Origin: an uncultured Bacteroidales bacterium
GTDB taxonomy: Bacteria; Bacteroidota; Bacteroidia; Bacteroidales; UBA10428
Length of the DNA: 64,000 nucleotides
Assembly (NCBI GenBank): GCA_964438935.1
Contig: CAYTNC010000001.1
Location: 17,975 to 81,974 of the forward strand
Reading direction: 5' to 3'
Part shown: piece after piece, positions 61,610 to 64,000 of the stretch
Layout of the letters: every line of letters begins with the position of its first letter
How positions within the stretch are numbered: position 1 is the first letter of the stretch
Made by a program: the position numbers and the translations under genes
The notes under the pieces: model-generated
What the model was told of the DNA's origin: nothing
Databases searched by the model: none
What the model saw: only the letters and a program-made list of their open reading frames with translations

Positions 61610-64000
61610 ATGACGAGTTACGGATTGCCAAAAAAGAAAGGACTGTATGATCCTTCTCAGGAACATGACAGCTGCGGGATTGGATTTGTAGCACAGATCA
61701 AGGGAATTAAATCGCATGAGATCATCCACCGCGGACTGGAAGTATTGGAGAATATGTCGCATCGCGGAGCCGAAAGTGCAGACAACGTGACCGGAGATGG
61801 GGCAGGAATACTGATTCAGCTGCCTCATAGTTTCTTCCTTGCCAAAGGTGTTCAGGTTCCGGCCGAAGGTAAGTACGGAGCAGGAATTGTATTTTTTCCA
61901 AAGGACGTAAAAGAGAGACAGGAATGTGAGCAAATTCTGGTTGATTCTGTTACCTCCGAAGGGCTTTCCTTGATTGGATTCCGTGATGTTCCGGTTGACA
62001 GCGAGATACTGGGTGAAATTTCAAAGGCGTCGGAACCCTTTATGCGTCAGATTTTTGTTTCAGGAGACTTTGAACAGGATGAGCTGGAGCGTAAGTTGTA
62101 TGTTGCCCGCAAACAGGCAGAGAATCGTGTGCGAAATTCAGTTATCCGGCATAAGGAAGCCTTTTACCTCACCGGCCTGTCATCAAAAGTAATGATATAC
62201 AAAGGGCTGTTTACATCCCAGCAGCTGCGTCAATATTTTGTTGATCTCCGCGATCAGAAACTGGAAAGTGCCATTGCCCTAATACATTCACGATTTTCAA
62301 CCAATACCTTTCCCACCTGGGACCTGGCACAACCGTTCCGTTTCCTGGGCCATAACGGAGAAATCAACACCATCAAGGGGAACCGGATGTGGATGAGTGC
62401 CCGTGAAGCCCTCATGAAAACAGGGGTACTGGGTGAAGACCTGAAAAAGATTTTCCCGGTTATTGAACCCGATAAGAGTGATTCGGCCTCACTTGATAAC
62501 GCATTGGAATTCCTGGTGCTTACCGGAAAATCGTTGCCTCACGCCCTGAGCATGCTGATACCTGAATCGTGGAACGATAAAAATCCGATTCCCGAAAGTC
62601 TTAAAGCCTTTTATGAGTATCATTCAACCATTATGGAACCCTGGGATGGCCCGGCATCAATAGTGTTCAGTGACGGGCGATATATTGGCGGCACACTTGA
62701 CCGGAATGGACTTCGGCCATCACGCTATATCATCACCAAAGATGATCTGATTGTAATGGGGTCCGAAGTTGGCGTTCAGCATTTTGCTCCCGACCAGATC
62801 AAGGAAAAAGGCCGGTTGAAACCAGGGAAAATACTGTTGGTTGACACCCGGTTTGGAATCATTGTCCCCGATGATGAGTTGAAAAGGCAACTCACGGAAA
62901 GAAATCCCTATTCAAACTGGCTGAAGGAAAACCGGATTGAACTTTCAGATATTGTAGTTAAAGAGCGGATACCCACAACATTGGGTGAGCAGCACAATAC
63001 CTACATGAAGGTTTTCGGTTACAACAAGGAAGACCTTGAAGTGCTTATCAGACCCATGGCGGTTGACGGTCAGGAACCGGTTAGTTCAATGGGAAATGAT
63101 ACACCGCTTGCCGTAATGTCTGATAAGCCCCAACGCCTGTTCAATTACTTCAGACAGCATTTTGCGCAGGTAACAAACCCACCTATTGACCCAATACGGG
63201 AAGGCCTGGTGATGTCGCTTACCAATTATATCGGATCGGTTTCCAGGAATCTGCTTATTGAATCACCTACACACTGCAAACTGATCAAATTCCGAAGTCC
63301 CATTGTTTCCAATACCGACCTGGGCAAGATCAAGAACCTGGACCAGGCACAGTTTTCTCATGTTGTACTGCCCATGCTTTTTGCAGCTGATTCGGACAAT
63401 CCGGGCGATACGCTCCAAAAGGCAATTGAAGAATTGTGCAAAAAAGCTGAAGATGCCGTTGATCAGGGAAAAAACTTCGTCATTCTTTCAGACCGTAACA
63501 TCAGTGAATCACTTGCTCCCATACCCTCACTGCTTGCAGTATCGGCAGTGCACCACCATCTGATTAACACGCAAAAGAGAATGCAGATTGGACTTATCGT
63601 GGAAACAGCCGAACCCAGGGAGGTGAACCATTTTGCGCTGCTTTTTGCTTTTGGCGCCAGTGTGGTCAACCCTTACTTTGTCTTTGCCATCATTGAAAAA
63701 TTGTGTGAAACCGGCCAGATCAAAGACGATTATGTAACTGCACGGGAGCATTATATCAAGGCCATCGACAAGGGTTTGCTGAAGGTCATGTCAAAGATGG
63801 GCATATCCACACTGCGCAGTTATCATGGTGCCCAGATATTTGAAGCAATCGGGTTGGCAAAGGAAGTGGCTCATACCTATTTTACCGGAACCGATTCCCG
63901 GATCGGAGGCATAGGGCTGAATGAAATTGCACAGGAAGCCTTGATGCAGCAAAGGATGGCCTTCACGCACAACAATCAGGAAACTCTTATTCCCGCCACT
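61610..64000 (+). CDS. gltB: glutamate synthase large subunit, N-terminal 797 codons (3' end lies outside the window)
   Basis: Not in the ORF track because the frame has no stop in the window. Frame 2 from ATG 61610 gives MTSYGLPKKKGLYDPSQEHDSCGIGFVAQIKG... (Ntn amidotransferase Cys in SCGIGF). I spot-checked the frame at 62282 (IHSRFSTNTFPTWDLAQPFRFLGHNGEINTIKGN) and at the window end; other-frame ORFs in this region are short. Confidence 0.9.
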   Translation, partial: MTSYGLPKKKGLYDPSQEHDSCGIGFVAQIKGIKSHEIIHRGLEVLENMSHRGAESADNVTGDGAGILIQLPHSFFLAKGVQVPAEGKYGAGIVFFPKDVKERQECEQILVDSVTSEGLSLIGFRDVPVDSEILGEISKASEPFMRQIFVSGDFEQDELERKLYVARKQAENRVRNSVIRHKEAFYLTGLSSKVMIYKGLFTSQQLRQYFVDLRDQKLESAIALIHSRFSTNTFPTWDLAQPFRFLGHNGEINTIKGNRMWMSAREALMKTGVLGEDLKKIFPVIEPDKSDSASLDNALEFLVLTGKSLPHALSMLIPESWNDKNPIPESLKAFYEYHSTIMEPWDGPASIVFSDGRYIGGTLDRNGLRPSRYIITKDDLIVMGSEVGVQHFAPDQIKEKGRLKPGKILLVDTRFGIIVPDDELKRQLTERNPYSNWLKENRIELSDIVVKERIPTTLGEQHNTYMKVFGYNKEDLEVLIRPMAVDGQEPVSSMGNDTPLAVMSDKPQRLFNYFRQHFAQVTNPPIDPIREGLVMSLTNYIGSVSRNLLIESPTHCKLIKFRSPIVSNTDLGKIKNLDQAQFSHVVLPMLFAADSDNPGDTLQKAIEELCKKAEDAVDQGKNFVILSDRNISESLAPIPSLLAVSAVHHHLINTQKRMQIGLIVETAEPREVNHFALLFAFGASVVNPYFVFAIIEKLCETGQIKDDYVTAREHYIKAIDKGLLKVMSKMGISTLRSYHGAQIFEAIGLAKEVAHTYFTGTDSRIGGIGLNEIAQEALMQQRMAFTHNNQETLIPAT

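Noticed and set aside
61600-61650. A 16-codon ORF (MNIYDELRIAKKERTV) overlapping the gltB start in another frame.
   Set aside because: It lies downstream of the leader terminator with no supporting structure. It is most likely a chance ORF. gltB itself starts at 61610 with a conserved N-terminus.
1-64000. I looked for CRISPR arrays, tRNA, rRNA, tmRNA or SRP RNA genes, IS elements, integrases, phage genes, toxin-antitoxin pairs and defence islands.
   Set aside because: I saw none. Only four spacers exceed 150 bp (12273-12453, 15242-15502, 44205-44357, 61388-61609), and none shows repeat-spacer structure or conserved RNA motifs I recognise. Every long ORF has a housekeeping assignment.

Overview
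This window is a 64-kb, almost gap-free stretch of core chromosome from a Bacteroidota-type bacterium. The lineage call rests on a PorZ-like T9SS protein with a C-terminal sorting domain, an ftsX-DUF3098-truB-queA block, TTTG/TAnnTTTG promoter motifs, and several TTG starts. I call 48 protein-coding genes. Two are partial at the window edges: the 3' end of nadA and the first 2.4 kb of gltB. gltB is missing from the supplied ORF track because it has no stop in the window. The content is housekeeping. DNA repair and replication: ruvB, uvrC, polA, recO, mpg, dut, rdgB. Translation and RNA modification: pheS, ybeY, mnmG, rsgA, queA, truB, yciH. Envelope: a flippase, an EnvC-like protein, ftsX, pbpC, a DUF2723 protein, and an 1859-aa lipoprotein alpha-2-macroglobulin with an intact CIEQ thioester. 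Amino-acid and nitrogen metabolism: carA, carB, an argR-argG-argH-proB'-proB-proA operon, ilvE, citrate synthase, gltB. I saw no rRNA, tRNA, CRISPR array, transposase or integrase, and no obvious genomic island. I cannot support any novel multi-gene system. The observations most worth follow-up are small in scale. (1) A promoter, a 16-codon Asn-rich leader ORF and mutually exclusive antiterminator/terminator hairpins sit immediately upstream of gltB, which makes a candidate ribosome-mediated attenuator. (2) A catalytically degenerate glutamate-5-kinase paralogue is translationally coupled between argH and the real proB. (3) Two ARG-box-like sites with 21-bp phasing overlap the argR promoter in the carB/argR divergent spacer. 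(4) The alpha-2-macroglobulin is unlinked from pbpC and carries a Cys-flanked acidic, Tyr-rich insert. All functional calls come from motif recognition by eye; no database search was run.
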